DNA from: Acidobacteriota bacterium
GTDB taxonomy: Bacteria; Acidobacteriota; UBA6911
Direction of reading: 5' to 3'
Length of the DNA: 64,000 nucleotides
Assembly (NCBI GenBank): GCA_012719455.1
Contig: JAAYAJ010000023.1
Location: 33,045 to 97,044, forward strand
A model generated the notes under the pieces. It saw only the letters and a program-made list of their open reading frames with translations, ran no database searches and was not told the origin of the DNA. The translations under genes and the position numbers were made by a program. How positions within the stretch are numbered: the stretch's first letter is position 1; each line of letters opens with the position of its first letter. Below are positions 30,635 through 39,852 of this stretch, in pieces.

Positions 30635-32113
30635 CTAAGGCAGTATGACACCCTGCTTTTTGAGGCTGGATTGCAGGGCCCCGATATCGATCTTCCTGAG
30701 ATCCACACGGCTTTTGACCGACTGGGCCGCCGCGGTGCCGGCTGCCTGCCCGAGGCAGATGCAATGGTGGATCAGGTTGAAGGCGTCATTGGTGACGGCA
30801 TCCGATGAAAACGCCCGGCAGGCGACAAGCATGTTGTTGACATTGCGCGGGATCAGGCAACGATAGGGCATGTACATCAAGGGATTTTTTTCGTCCATGC
30901 CTGGAAAGATGGCGATGGTGTCCTTGAAAGGGGTTTTGTTTTTCATATCCTTTTCAGTGACAACATACTCCCCGACAACCCGTCGGCCGCCGCGCGTGCC
31001 GAGCTGCGAATTGGACAGAACGATGAAGCTCTTTTCGAAACCGGGAACATTCTTCTTGTAAAAATCGTGGGTGATCATCATCTCCTTGCGGCCCAGAAAC
31101 TCCACCCGTGTCAACTCCTCGACGTCGTACTGGCTTTTGTTCGCGTACCGGGGAAAGCACCAGACCACGTTCTCCTGGTTTTTCAGGTTGCTGGTCAGGA
31201 ATCCCGCCGTCCCCCCCAGCTTTCTGACCTCGCGCATCTTTTCGGCCAGTGCCTTGGCGTTGGCTTTCTTGTACTGCTCATATTTTTTCAGATCGACGTT
31301 GTCGATCCAGTAGGAGAACGAAAGGTTGGAACTCCTCAGGGCTTTATCGATATGGGTCTCGAAGCGTGCCCCCGTATAGGGGAGCAGGTCCCCATCGCCG
31401 GTGGAATCGATGACGATCTTCGCCAACACCGCCTGCCGGCCCGATTTGCTTTCAAAGATGACACCCTTGGCCTGGTTTCCCTCCATGATCGGCTCTGTTC
31501 CCCACGAATGGAGGTAGGTCTTGACCCCCGCTTCCGTCATCATGTCCTGAAACAGGCACTTGGACACCTCGGCATCGATGTGGGCCGAGTATCCCACACT
31601 GTTGCTGGTGGCGTAAAAGGGGGACCGGTTCCGGTAATATTCGACCAGTTTTTTGTCCCTGGACCCCCAATGCTCCTTCTTCGGGTAATCGGCCGCCTCC
31701 CTGGCATCCAGCCTCTTGATCCACTCCTGGGTGATGCCGGCGATCTGCTGCTTGCCGTTAATATCGGTCATGGCGGGGATGATGGTGACCAATCCGCCCG
31801 TGCTCATGCCGCCGAGGTGCTCGTATCTTTCAATGAGAACCGTGTCGGCTCCGCTCCTTGCCGCAGCCAGGGCCGCGCCGATCCCCCCCGGCCCGCCGCC
31901 TACGACCACGACATCGGCCGTTCGGCACACCTTGGTCTGACGGGCGGCTTCCCTGATCGTCCCCGCGGACGCCTTTGCCGACTTGGCGGATTGGGCCGAC
32001 ACCGGAATCGCCATACCTCCGGCGCTCAAAGCAACCGCCGTGGTCCCCTTGATTGCCGTGTTCTTGAAAAACTCCCTGCGAGTAATCCCATCACTAGTAT
32101 TGGAAAGTGCCAT
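30635..32113 (-). CDS. Tat-exported FAD-dependent oxidoreductase (PF12831-like)
   Basis: Twin-arginine signal ITRREFFKNTAIKGTTAVAL. FAD-binding Rossmann motif VVVVGGGPGGIGAALAAARSGADTVLIE. Confidence 0.7.
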   Translation of the reverse strand: MALSNTSDGITRREFFKNTAIKGTTAVALSAGGMAIPVSAQSAKSAKASAGTIREAARQTKVCRTADVVVVGGGPGGIGAALAAARSGADTVLIERYEHLGGMSTGGLVTIIPAMTDINGKQQIAGITQEWIKRLDAREAADYPKKEHWGSRDKKLVEYYRNRSPFYATSNSVGYSAHIDAEVSKCLFQDMMTEAGVKTYLHSWGTEPIMEGNQAKGVIFESKSGRQAVLAKIVIDSTGDGDLLPYTGARFETHIDKALRSSNLSFSYWIDNVDLKKYEQYKKANAKALAEKMREVRKLGGTAGFLTSNLKNQENVVWCFPRYANKSQYDVEELTRVEFLGRKEMMITHDFYKKNVPGFEKSFIVLSNSQLGTRGGRRVVGEYVVTEKDMKNKTPFKDTIAIFPGMDEKNPLMYMPYRCLIPRNVNNMLVACRAFSSDAVTNDAFNLIHHCICLGQAAGTAAAQSVKSRVDLRKIDIGALQSSLKKQGVILP

Positions 32114-32570
32114 GGCTCCCTCGTTTCTGAAAGGTTTAGGATGTAACGCCAACCTAGCCAACTATTCACCGATTTGTCAAGGTTTTCGTCACACAAAGGA
32201 ATCCGCAGGGCCGCCTGGCCCGCCGGGCCCACGGGGGAGCTCGGAGTCCTGCCGCCGACCCCCGGGGCATCTTCCCGAAGGGCGGGGACATCCCTGAGCC
32301 TTCATGCTTTGATCCCGACACGGAAACATCGTTTGGGCATTTCCATCCCGCGGCGCAAGCATGAAGGAAAACCATGCAACGAATGCTTTAGAATACCCCA
32401 TATCCATGCTAGGTTGGCCTTGTACAAATTCCGTTTTCCAAAACCTCTTTTCCGGAAGGGGAAACAGGGCGAATCGAGTCACCCGACGGCCGAGACCTGG
32501 TGGCCGGGCCCACCGCGCCGTGGACCTGCCGACAGGCGGAACTATCCAAGCTAGAAAAGGGAACCTCCCC

Positions 32571-33395
32571 ATGAATCTCAGAAACGCCGCACGGATCGCC
32601 ATCATGGCGGGGGCCGTCGTGCCACTGGCCGGCTGCACCGTGCAAAATCACTTTCTCTACTACCCGGGCCGGCGCCTGCCGACGACGGGGGAACTGGGGG
32701 TGCTGAACCTCCGGTTCTGGCCTTCCGGACCCGCGGCCTATCGCGGTTTCATCGGCGCGGCCACGATTGCGGCCGCGCAGGGCACCGTCATCGTTTTCCA
32801 CGGCAACGCGGGCACCGCCGCCGACCGGGCCTACTACGCCGATGCGTTGGCCCCGCTCGGCTACCGCGTCATCCTGGCCGAGTATCCCGGTTACGGCAGG
32901 CGTGATGGAAGGCTGGGCGAAGCGCCGTTCATCAGCGATGCCAAGGAGACCCTCCGGCTGGTGTCCGGGCAATACGGAAGCCCGATCTTCCTGCTCGGAG
33001 AATCCCTGGGCTGCGGAGTGGCGGCGCGACTGGCCGGGGACAACTCCCTCCGGATCGACGGCGTACTCCTGGTCACGCCGTGGGACACGCTCCGGGCCGT
33101 GGCCGGACACCATTTTCCGTGGGCGCCGCTCCGGCTCCTGCTGAGAGACCGGTACGACAGCGTCGGGCACCTGAAAGCCTACCCGGGCAGGGTCGGCATC
33201 GTCGGCGCTGAAAAGGACGAGGTGATTCCGGTCAGGCACGCGACGGCGCTCTACGAGTCCCGCGCCGGCGACAAACGGATGTTGATCATTCCCGGCGCCG
33301 GACACAACGACTGGATGGAACGGGTCGGCCCGGGCCATTGGCGGGAGTGGATGGATTATGTCCATGGAGCGCAGGCCGACCACGGGGGCTCGTAG
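32571..33395 (+). CDS. alpha/beta-hydrolase lipoprotein
   Basis: Lipobox PLAGC. GESLG nucleophile elbow. Catalytic His near the C-terminus (GAGHND). Confidence 0.65.
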   Translation: MNLRNAARIAIMAGAVVPLAGCTVQNHFLYYPGRRLPTTGELGVLNLRFWPSGPAAYRGFIGAATIAAAQGTVIVFHGNAGTAADRAYYADALAPLGYRVILAEYPGYGRRDGRLGEAPFISDAKETLRLVSGQYGSPIFLLGESLGCGVAARLAGDNSLRIDGVLLVTPWDTLRAVAGHHFPWAPLRLLLRDRYDSVGHLKAYPGRVGIVGAEKDEVIPVRHATALYESRAGDKRMLIIPGAGHNDWMERVGPGHWREWMDYVHGAQADHGGS

Positions 33396-33497
33396 ACCGC
33401 CGCCATGGAAACCCCCACGCCTCGAGGTACGCCCGGGAATCGTCGGCTGCCCGGATCCTGCGGCGGCGCGCTCGGGTCCCAGCCCATCCGTTCGCCG

Positions 33498-34118
33498 CTA
33501 CTTTTCCGGGGTGTCGAGCTTACAGGCGGGGGACAGAATGGCGGCCAATGCCCTGGAATTCGCCTTCAGGTCCCAGTTTCGGGGATCGGCGACAAGCCTG
33601 AGCGCGCAGCCCTCGATGAAGCTGGCGGCGATGTCCGCAAGGGATTCCCCGGTCACCCCGGGAAACCGTGCCGGTTGCTCGGCCACGACGGCCTGCGCCA
33701 GCGGCAGGTAGGAATCACGATGCCGCTTCAGTGCCTCCCGAATGCGATTGCGGATGACATCGTCGCGCGTACCCATAAACCAGAAATCGAAGAAGAGCTC
33801 GATGCGCGTCCGATCGTGTTGCAGGCGATCAAGGGCGCCCTGGACCTCGGCGGACAGGCGCGAGTAGGCGCTTTCCGGCGCAGCGCCGCTCTCCCCGCCG
33901 CGCCGCAGGATCGTCTTCGCGAGCAGCCATTCCAACAGCGCCAGCAGGAGTTCTCTCCGGCTGCGGAAATAAAAAAACACCAGGCCGTTGCTGACGCCGG
34001 CCTTCGCCGCCACGGCCCGAGTGGACAGGCCGGACAGGCGCTGCGCGAGTGCGACTTGGCAGGCGGCCTCCAGGATCTGCTCCCTCCGCCGGTCCTCGGA
34101 AACCCTTTTCCCAGACAT
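33498..34118 (-). CDS. TetR/AcrR-family transcriptional repressor
   Basis: N-terminal HTH RQRLSGLSTRAVAAKAGVSNGLVFFYF. Divergent from the RND operon. Confidence 0.8.
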   Translation of the reverse strand: MSGKRVSEDRRREQILEAACQVALAQRLSGLSTRAVAAKAGVSNGLVFFYFRSRRELLLALLEWLLAKTILRRGGESGAAPESAYSRLSAEVQGALDRLQHDRTRIELFFDFWFMGTRDDVIRNRIREALKRHRDSYLPLAQAVVAEQPARFPGVTGESLADIAASFIEGCALRLVADPRNWDLKANSRALAAILSPACKLDTPEK

Positions 34119-34169
34119 ATTCCCTCCATTGGTCGCATGCTCAACGATATGCTATCCTGCTTTTCCTGC

Positions 34170-34185
34170 TTGAGCAATTGCTCAA
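34170..34185. promoter_or_regulatory. candidate TetR operator: perfect 16-bp palindrome TTGAGCAATTGCTCAA
   Basis: Lies in the 86-bp divergent intergenic region between the TetR gene and the adaptor gene. A partial copy, TGCTCAACGATATGC, lies just upstream. Confidence 0.45.
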
Positions 34186-34204
34186 TATATAAGAGGAGGC
34201 GGTC

Positions 34205-35404
34205 ATGCTCTTCCCGAATCGAAGCGTTTTGGCGATAGCGGCCCTCGCGCTCATTCTCGCGGCCTGCGGGCAGGGGAGGGAGCCGGATATCGGAATGGCC
34301 CCGCCCATCCCGGTCCGGGTAAGGAAGCCGGACGTCGTCCAGCGGCCCGTACTCGTGGCGGCCAGCGGAACGGTGGAGGCGGCCAGGACGGCCGACATCG
34401 GGTTCCAGGTTCCGGGACTGGTCACACAGGTGTGGGTCGAGGAGGGGCAGGCTGTCCGCAAGGGGCAGGTTCTCGCCCAAATCGACGCCACCGACTATGG
34501 GTTCGGCCTGCAGGCGTCGGAAGGACAGGCGGCCGTCGCACAGGCGAATCTTGACAAGGCGCAGGCGGGCACGCGCGCCGAGGAGATGGAGCAGGCGCGC
34601 GCCGCGTACGAAAAGGCCGAGGACGAATACCACCGCTACCGGCAACTCTACGAGCGGAAAAGCATGGCGCCCGTGGATTTTTCAAAAGTCGAGGCGCTAT
34701 ACCGCGCGGCCAAGGCGCAATATGAAATGGCTAAAAACGGCGCGCGCCCGGAGGATCGGGATGCGGCCGGAGCCTCCGTCAGCCAGGCCCTGGCCCAGGT
34801 GGCCGCCAGCCGCAAGCGCGTCGCCGACACGCGCCTCGTATCGCCCATTGACGGGATTTTGGCGCGGCGCGCCATCGATCCGGGCGAAAATGTGAGCGCG
34901 GGCCTGCCGGTCTTCAGCATCGTCGATCTCAGAACGGTGCACGTGCGCGTCGGAATCCCGGAAGCGGACATCGGGCGGATCCACACGGGGCAGCACGCGC
35001 GGATAACGGTCCCGGCGCTGGATGGGAGAGAGTTCCCGGGCAGGGTCGAACTGGTGGGAGTCGCCGCCGACCCAAACTCGCGTACGTTTACAGCAAAAAT
35101 CTCCGTCCCGAACCCGGATCTCCGGCTGAAGGCGGGCATGATTGCCGAAGCCAGCATCGAGGGGAGCGGCAAGATCCACGCATTCGTTCTCCCTGGGGAA
35201 GCCGTCGTCCACGATCCCCAGGGCGCCAGTCTCGTCTACGTCTATTATCCCGACCACAAACGCGTGCATGCGCGCCGGGTCGAGGCCGGCGCCGTCCGGG
35301 ATAGGGGCGTGGAAATCAGCACGGGCCTTTCCGGCGACGAACTCGTCGTCGTGGCGGGCCAGCACCAGGTGCGCGAGGGTTCCCTGGTCGAGGTGATGCA
35401 ATGA
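34205..35404 (+). CDS. RND efflux periplasmic adaptor (membrane fusion protein, HlyD family) lipoprotein
   Basis: Lipobox ILAACG. Typical coiled-coil and beta-barrel adaptor regions. Overlaps the permease start by 4 nt. Confidence 0.8.
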   Translation: MLFPNRSVLAIAALALILAACGQGREPDIGMAPPIPVRVRKPDVVQRPVLVAASGTVEAARTADIGFQVPGLVTQVWVEEGQAVRKGQVLAQIDATDYGFGLQASEGQAAVAQANLDKAQAGTRAEEMEQARAAYEKAEDEYHRYRQLYERKSMAPVDFSKVEALYRAAKAQYEMAKNGARPEDRDAAGASVSQALAQVAASRKRVADTRLVSPIDGILARRAIDPGENVSAGLPVFSIVDLRTVHVRVGIPEADIGRIHTGQHARITVPALDGREFPGRVELVGVAADPNSRTFTAKISVPNPDLRLKAGMIAEASIEGSGKIHAFVLPGEAVVHDPQGASLVYVYYPDHKRVHARRVEAGAVRDRGVEISTGLSGDELVVVAGQHQVREGSLVEVMQ

Positions 35405-38400
35405 ATCCCGTGCGCAGCTCCTTGCGGCACCCCAATGTAACGCTCATGCTGACGGCGGCGCTCGTCCTTGCCGGCGTCTATGCCCTCGCGAAAATGCCGC
35501 GGCGCGAGGATCCGCAGATCACCATACGCGCCGGGCTGGTGTCGGCCCAGTATCCCGGCGCCACGGCGGAGCAGGTGGAAAAGCAGGTCACCGCCAAGAT
35601 CGAGGAGCGGCTGTTCCGCTACGCCGAAGTGCGCAAGGACCGGACCTATTCCACCAGCCGTCCGAACGTGGTCATTATCAACGTGGAGCTGGAGGACTGG
35701 GTAACGGACCCGGACACCTTCTGGTCCAACCTCCGCCACGACATGAATCAGCTCCGCGCCACGGATCTCCCGCAGTCCGTCCGCGGACCCGTCGTGGACT
35801 CGGACTTCGGCGACACCGTCGCCGCACTGATCGCGGTCCGCGGCACCCGCTACGGGTATCGCGAGCTGAAGGAATACGCGCAGCGCATCGAGGAAGGATT
35901 ACGGACTCTCCGGCCCGTGGCCAAGATCCGACGCATCGGCGAGCAGCCGGAGGAAGTTCGGATCACCAGTTCGCTGCAACGTCTTTCGCAATACGCCCTC
36001 AATCCCGCGAAAGTCGCCGCCGCACTGCAGGGGCGCAACACCGTCGAGTATGCCGGCAGCCTGGATTCCCCCTCCGCGGAAGTTCAAATGAATCCCAACG
36101 GACCGTTCCAGACCGAGGACCAGATCCGGCGCGTGATCGTCGACCTGTCTCCCACGAGCGGCCAGCCCGTGCACATCGGGGATGTGGCCGACGTGCGCCG
36201 CGGATACAAGGACCTGGAATTTGCCACGCGCTTCATGGGAGAGCCGGCGTTGATGCTGGCGGTCGAAATGCAGGAAGGCAACAATATCGTTGAATTCGGG
36301 GACGCCCTGCGCGCCGAACTGGAGAAGGTAAAAAAGACTTTGCCTCCCGACATCCGCATCGATTTCGTGGCCGACCAGCCGCGCATGGTGAAGGAACGCA
36401 TCTCCCATTTTATCCGGGAATTCGGGGTTGCCATCACCGCCGTCATTCTCGTGACCATGCTGCTTTTGCCTTTCCACGTGGCGCTGATCGCGGCATTGGC
36501 GATCCCCATCACGGTTGCCGTCACCTTCGGCGCCATGAACGTTTTCGGCGTCGAATTGCACCAGGTTTCGATCTCGGCCCTCATCGTCGTCCTGGGAATG
36601 GTGGTCGACGACGCCATCGTGGTCGCGGACAACTACGTCGAGTTGCTCGACCACGGGGCGCCCGTGCCGGAAGCGGCATGGCGCAGCGCATCCGAAATGG
36701 CGGTGCCGGTGTTCACGGCGACCCTCACGATCGTCGCTTCTTTCCTCCCCCTGCTGATGCTTTCGGGGGCCGTCGGGGAATTCATCAGCGCCCTGCCGCT
36801 GACCGTGGCCATCGCTCTGCTCGTCTCTTTCGCCGTCGCGATGCTGGTGACGCCGCTGTTGTCGCGCTTCTTCATCAAGAAGGGGCTCCGGGAAGAAGTC
36901 CCCAACGGACTGCGGGCGCGCTTGAGCCCGCTCACCCTGATGCGGCGACGCTACATGCGCGCCATCGGCTTTTCGATGAAGCACAAGCCCCTTGTCCTCG
37001 CCGGCGCCCTGCTCGCGTTTCTCGCCGGCGTCGCGATGTTGCATTTTGTCCCGCGCCAGTTTTTTCCATCGGCGGAACGAAACCAGTTCGTCGTCGACCT
37101 GTTCGCCCCGGAAGGCACCCGAATCGAACTTACAGACGAGCTGGCGCGCCGCATCGAGAAGCACCTGGCGCAGCAAACGCCGGTGCGCGATTATTCCACG
37201 TTCGTGGGAGGCAGCGCCCCCCGGTTTTATTACAACGTGAGCCCTCAGCCGCCCGCTTCCAACTATGCCCAGTTCCTGGTGAACACGGAATCGGTGCGGG
37301 ATACGCCCCCGCTGACCTATCGCCTGCGGGAACAGCTCACGCGGCTCGTCCCCGAGGCCCTCGTGATCGTGCGCCAGCTCGACCAGGGACATGTCATCGA
37401 GGCGCCCGTGGAGGTGCGCATTTCGGGAGGCGACATCGCCAGGTTGAAGGAAATCGGCGATGGCGTGCAGCGGGTGCTGCAGGAAACGCCCGGCGCAGTG
37501 TATGTGCATACCGACTACCGCCAGGACCTGTGGCAGATGCGCATCGACGTGAAGGAGGAATCCGCCAACCGCATGGGACTCAGCAACAGTTCCATTGCGC
37601 AACAGCTGGCGGCAAGCTTCCACGGCCTTCCCGTGACGACGTTCTGGGAAGGGGATCGCGCGGTGGACGTGGTCCTGCGAGTGGAAGAGGATCGCCGGAA
37701 ATCCTTCGCCGATGTTGAGAACGCCTACGTCACGTCCTATCTCACGGGGGCACGGGTTCCGCTGCGCTCCGTCGCCTCGTTCCATCCCGAGTGGCAGAGC
37801 GGCCGCATCGTCCGGCGCAACGGCGTCCGGACGATAACGGTGCGCTGCTTTCCCGACGAGCACCGTCTCGCCTCGCAGATTCTGGCGTCGGCGGCAGGGA
37901 AGCTGGATGGCATGAATCTGCCGCAAGGGTACGCGATCGCCTTCGGGGGCGAGGCCGAAAGGCAGGCGGAGACATTCGCGGAATTGGTCCACGTATTGAT
38001 CGTCAGCATCGCGGCCATATTCCTGATCCTGCTGTTTCAGTTCCGCTCCGTCTCGGAGTCGCTGGTCGTGATGGCGGCTATCCCGCTGGCGTTTCCGGGC
38101 GCCGTCGCGGGATTGCTTCTGATGGGCAACCCGTTCGGATTTACGGCATTCATGGGCATCGTGAGCCTGGGAGGCATAGTCGTGCGCAACTCCATCATCC
38201 TGGTCGATTACATCAAAGAACGCCTGCGCGAGGGAGTCGGTCTCGAGCAGGCGGCCATGGAGGCAGGGGAGCGAAGGCTGCGGCCGATCTTCCTGACAAC
38301 GATGGCCGCGGCCGTGGGCGTGACCCCGATGATATTCTCGGGGTCCTCTCTGTGGTCGCCCCTCGCCAGCACCATCGCCGTCGGCTTGATCGTGTCCATG

Positions 38401-39801
38401 TTCTTTACGCTGATCGTCGTCCCCGTGCTTTTTACCCTCACCAAAAGGCGCAGGGCTTCCGCCCCGTCGTCCGCCGCCTTCGTTGCAGTCCTGTTGGCCG
38501 TTTTCCTCCTTACCCCTCCCGCCGCCCGTGCCGGGCAGCGGCGCATTTCGCTGGACGAGGCCGTCGACCTGGCCGTGAGCAACAACAGCGTGGTAAGGCT
38601 CTCTTCGCTGCGGATCCAAGAGGCCGAAGCCAGGCGGGACCAGGCGAGGTCCAATTATTTCCCGCAGGTGTCGAACGAGTCCAGCCTGTACAACATCATC
38701 GAAAAGCAGAGGCTCGTTCTTCCCGCCGGTTCGCTGGGATCCGGTTCCCCGATCGGGGAAATCCCCGCCGTACCAACGACCATTTATCAGGGCGGACGCT
38801 CTCTGCTGCTCTCCCAAACCACGGTCGCCCAGCCGCTGACACAGCTGTTCAAAATACGGGCGGGAAACGCGGTGGCCCGAACGGACAGCGCCATCGCAAA
38901 AACACATCTCGAGCGGGCCCGGGTGGAAGTCGCCGCGAAAACCAAGGAGTTGTATTACACGCTGCTGGGACTGGAGGCACGGCAGAAGGCTGCGCAAGCC
39001 GCGGTCGCAGCCGCGCAGGCGCGGCTCGAAGAGAGCCGCGATGCCGCCGAGACGGGAACCGCCCTGGCGGTGCAGGCCATGCGGGCGCAATCGGCCCTTC
39101 TGGAACGCCGACAGGCCGTCATGACGCTGGATATGCAGGTCGAGGATGCGCTGTTGGAACTTAACGAATTGATCGGGCTGCCGCTCGACACGGAACTTGT
39201 CCTGGCCCCGGCGGAAACCAGGCCCGCCATTCCGTCGCTCGAGGATTCCCTTAGCGAAGCCGCGTCACGAAGCCCGGAACTGGAAGCTGCGAGGCTGACG
39301 GTCGAAAAGGCGCGCCATGCCTTTGCCGCCGCGAGGTCCGACCGCATTCCCGAAATCGGGCTGTTTGCCCAACATATCTACCAGGACGGGGTCCCTTTTC
39401 TCGCGTCCAATAACGGCGTCGTCGGTTTCAGGCTGAACTACGACCTCTTCGATTGGGGCAAGCGCAAGGGAGCCATCCAGGAAAGGGCGTCGCAGCTCGC
39501 GCAGGCGGAAGAAGAGATGCGCCGCGTGGAACGACGAATCCGGATCGACGTCGAAAAGGCCTACCGGCGCGTTCAGCGCGTCGCGGGCGTGGCCGAGGTG
39601 GCGCGCGAAGCCTTGAACGTCACCAGGGAAACCCTGCGCATCGCCAAAGACCAGTATGAACTGGGACTCGGCAGCCGGGCGCTTTATGAAGAGGCGAACG
39701 CCGCGGCGGCCGCCGCGGACGCCGACCTCGTCGCCGCGGACTGTCAAATAGCGGCGGCGCTGGCGGACCTGGACCGGCTGCGCGGAGACAGGAGCAATTA
39801 G
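35401..39801 (+). CDS. RND efflux permease (AcrB/HAE1-like, about 1020 aa) fused in frame to a TolC-like outer membrane factor (about 445 aa)
   Basis: Continuous 1466-aa ORF. The N-terminal 12-TM RND fold is followed by ...TKRRRASAPSSAAFVAVLLAVFLLTPPAARA, a signal-peptide-like segment. An OMF domain with two coiled-coil repeats follows. There is no stop codon at the junction. Confidence 0.75.
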   Translation: MNPVRSSLRHPNVTLMLTAALVLAGVYALAKMPRREDPQITIRAGLVSAQYPGATAEQVEKQVTAKIEERLFRYAEVRKDRTYSTSRPNVVIINVELEDWVTDPDTFWSNLRHDMNQLRATDLPQSVRGPVVDSDFGDTVAALIAVRGTRYGYRELKEYAQRIEEGLRTLRPVAKIRRIGEQPEEVRITSSLQRLSQYALNPAKVAAALQGRNTVEYAGSLDSPSAEVQMNPNGPFQTEDQIRRVIVDLSPTSGQPVHIGDVADVRRGYKDLEFATRFMGEPALMLAVEMQEGNNIVEFGDALRAELEKVKKTLPPDIRIDFVADQPRMVKERISHFIREFGVAITAVILVTMLLLPFHVALIAALAIPITVAVTFGAMNVFGVELHQVSISALIVVLGMVVDDAIVVADNYVELLDHGAPVPEAAWRSASEMAVPVFTATLTIVASFLPLLMLSGAVGEFISALPLTVAIALLVSFAVAMLVTPLLSRFFIKKGLREEVPNGLRARLSPLTLMRRRYMRAIGFSMKHKPLVLAGALLAFLAGVAMLHFVPRQFFPSAERNQFVVDLFAPEGTRIELTDELARRIEKHLAQQTPVRDYSTFVGGSAPRFYYNVSPQPPASNYAQFLVNTESVRDTPPLTYRLREQLTRLVPEALVIVRQLDQGHVIEAPVEVRISGGDIARLKEIGDGVQRVLQETPGAVYVHTDYRQDLWQMRIDVKEESANRMGLSNSSIAQQLAASFHGLPVTTFWEGDRAVDVVLRVEEDRRKSFADVENAYVTSYLTGARVPLRSVASFHPEWQSGRIVRRNGVRTITVRCFPDEHRLASQILASAAGKLDGMNLPQGYAIAFGGEAERQAETFAELVHVLIVSIAAIFLILLFQFRSVSESLVVMAAIPLAFPGAVAGLLLMGNPFGFTAFMGIVSLGGIVVRNSIILVDYIKERLREGVGLEQAAMEAGERRLRPIFLTTMAAAVGVTPMIFSGSSLWSPLASTIAVGLIVSMFFTLIVVPVLFTLTKRRRASAPSSAAFVAVLLAVFLLTPPAARAGQRRISLDEAVDLAVSNNSVVRLSSLRIQEAEARRDQARSNYFPQVSNESSLYNIIEKQRLVLPAGSLGSGSPIGEIPAVPTTIYQGGRSLLLSQTTVAQPLTQLFKIRAGNAVARTDSAIAKTHLERARVEVAAKTKELYYTLLGLEARQKAAQAAVAAAQARLEESRDAAETGTALAVQAMRAQSALLERRQAVMTLDMQVEDALLELNELIGLPLDTELVLAPAETRPAIPSLEDSLSEAASRSPELEAARLTVEKARHAFAAARSDRIPEIGLFAQHIYQDGVPFLASNNGVVGFRLNYDLFDWGKRKGAIQERASQLAQAEEEMRRVERRIRIDVEKAYRRVQRVAGVAEVAREALNVTRETLRIAKDQYELGLGSRALYEEANAAAAAADADLVAADCQIAAALADLDRLRGDRSN

Positions 39802-39809
39802 CGCCAAAG

Positions 39810-39846
39810 AAACCGCGGCGGCCCGCGGAGCCGCCGCGGTTTTATC
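39810..39846. terminator. bidirectional intrinsic terminator between convergent genes
   Basis: aaaccgcggcggc-ccgcggag-gccgccgcggtttt: a 13-bp GC-rich stem with T/A tracts on both sides, 9 nt after the stop at 39801. Confidence 0.55.
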
Positions 39847-39852
39847 TCCCGT

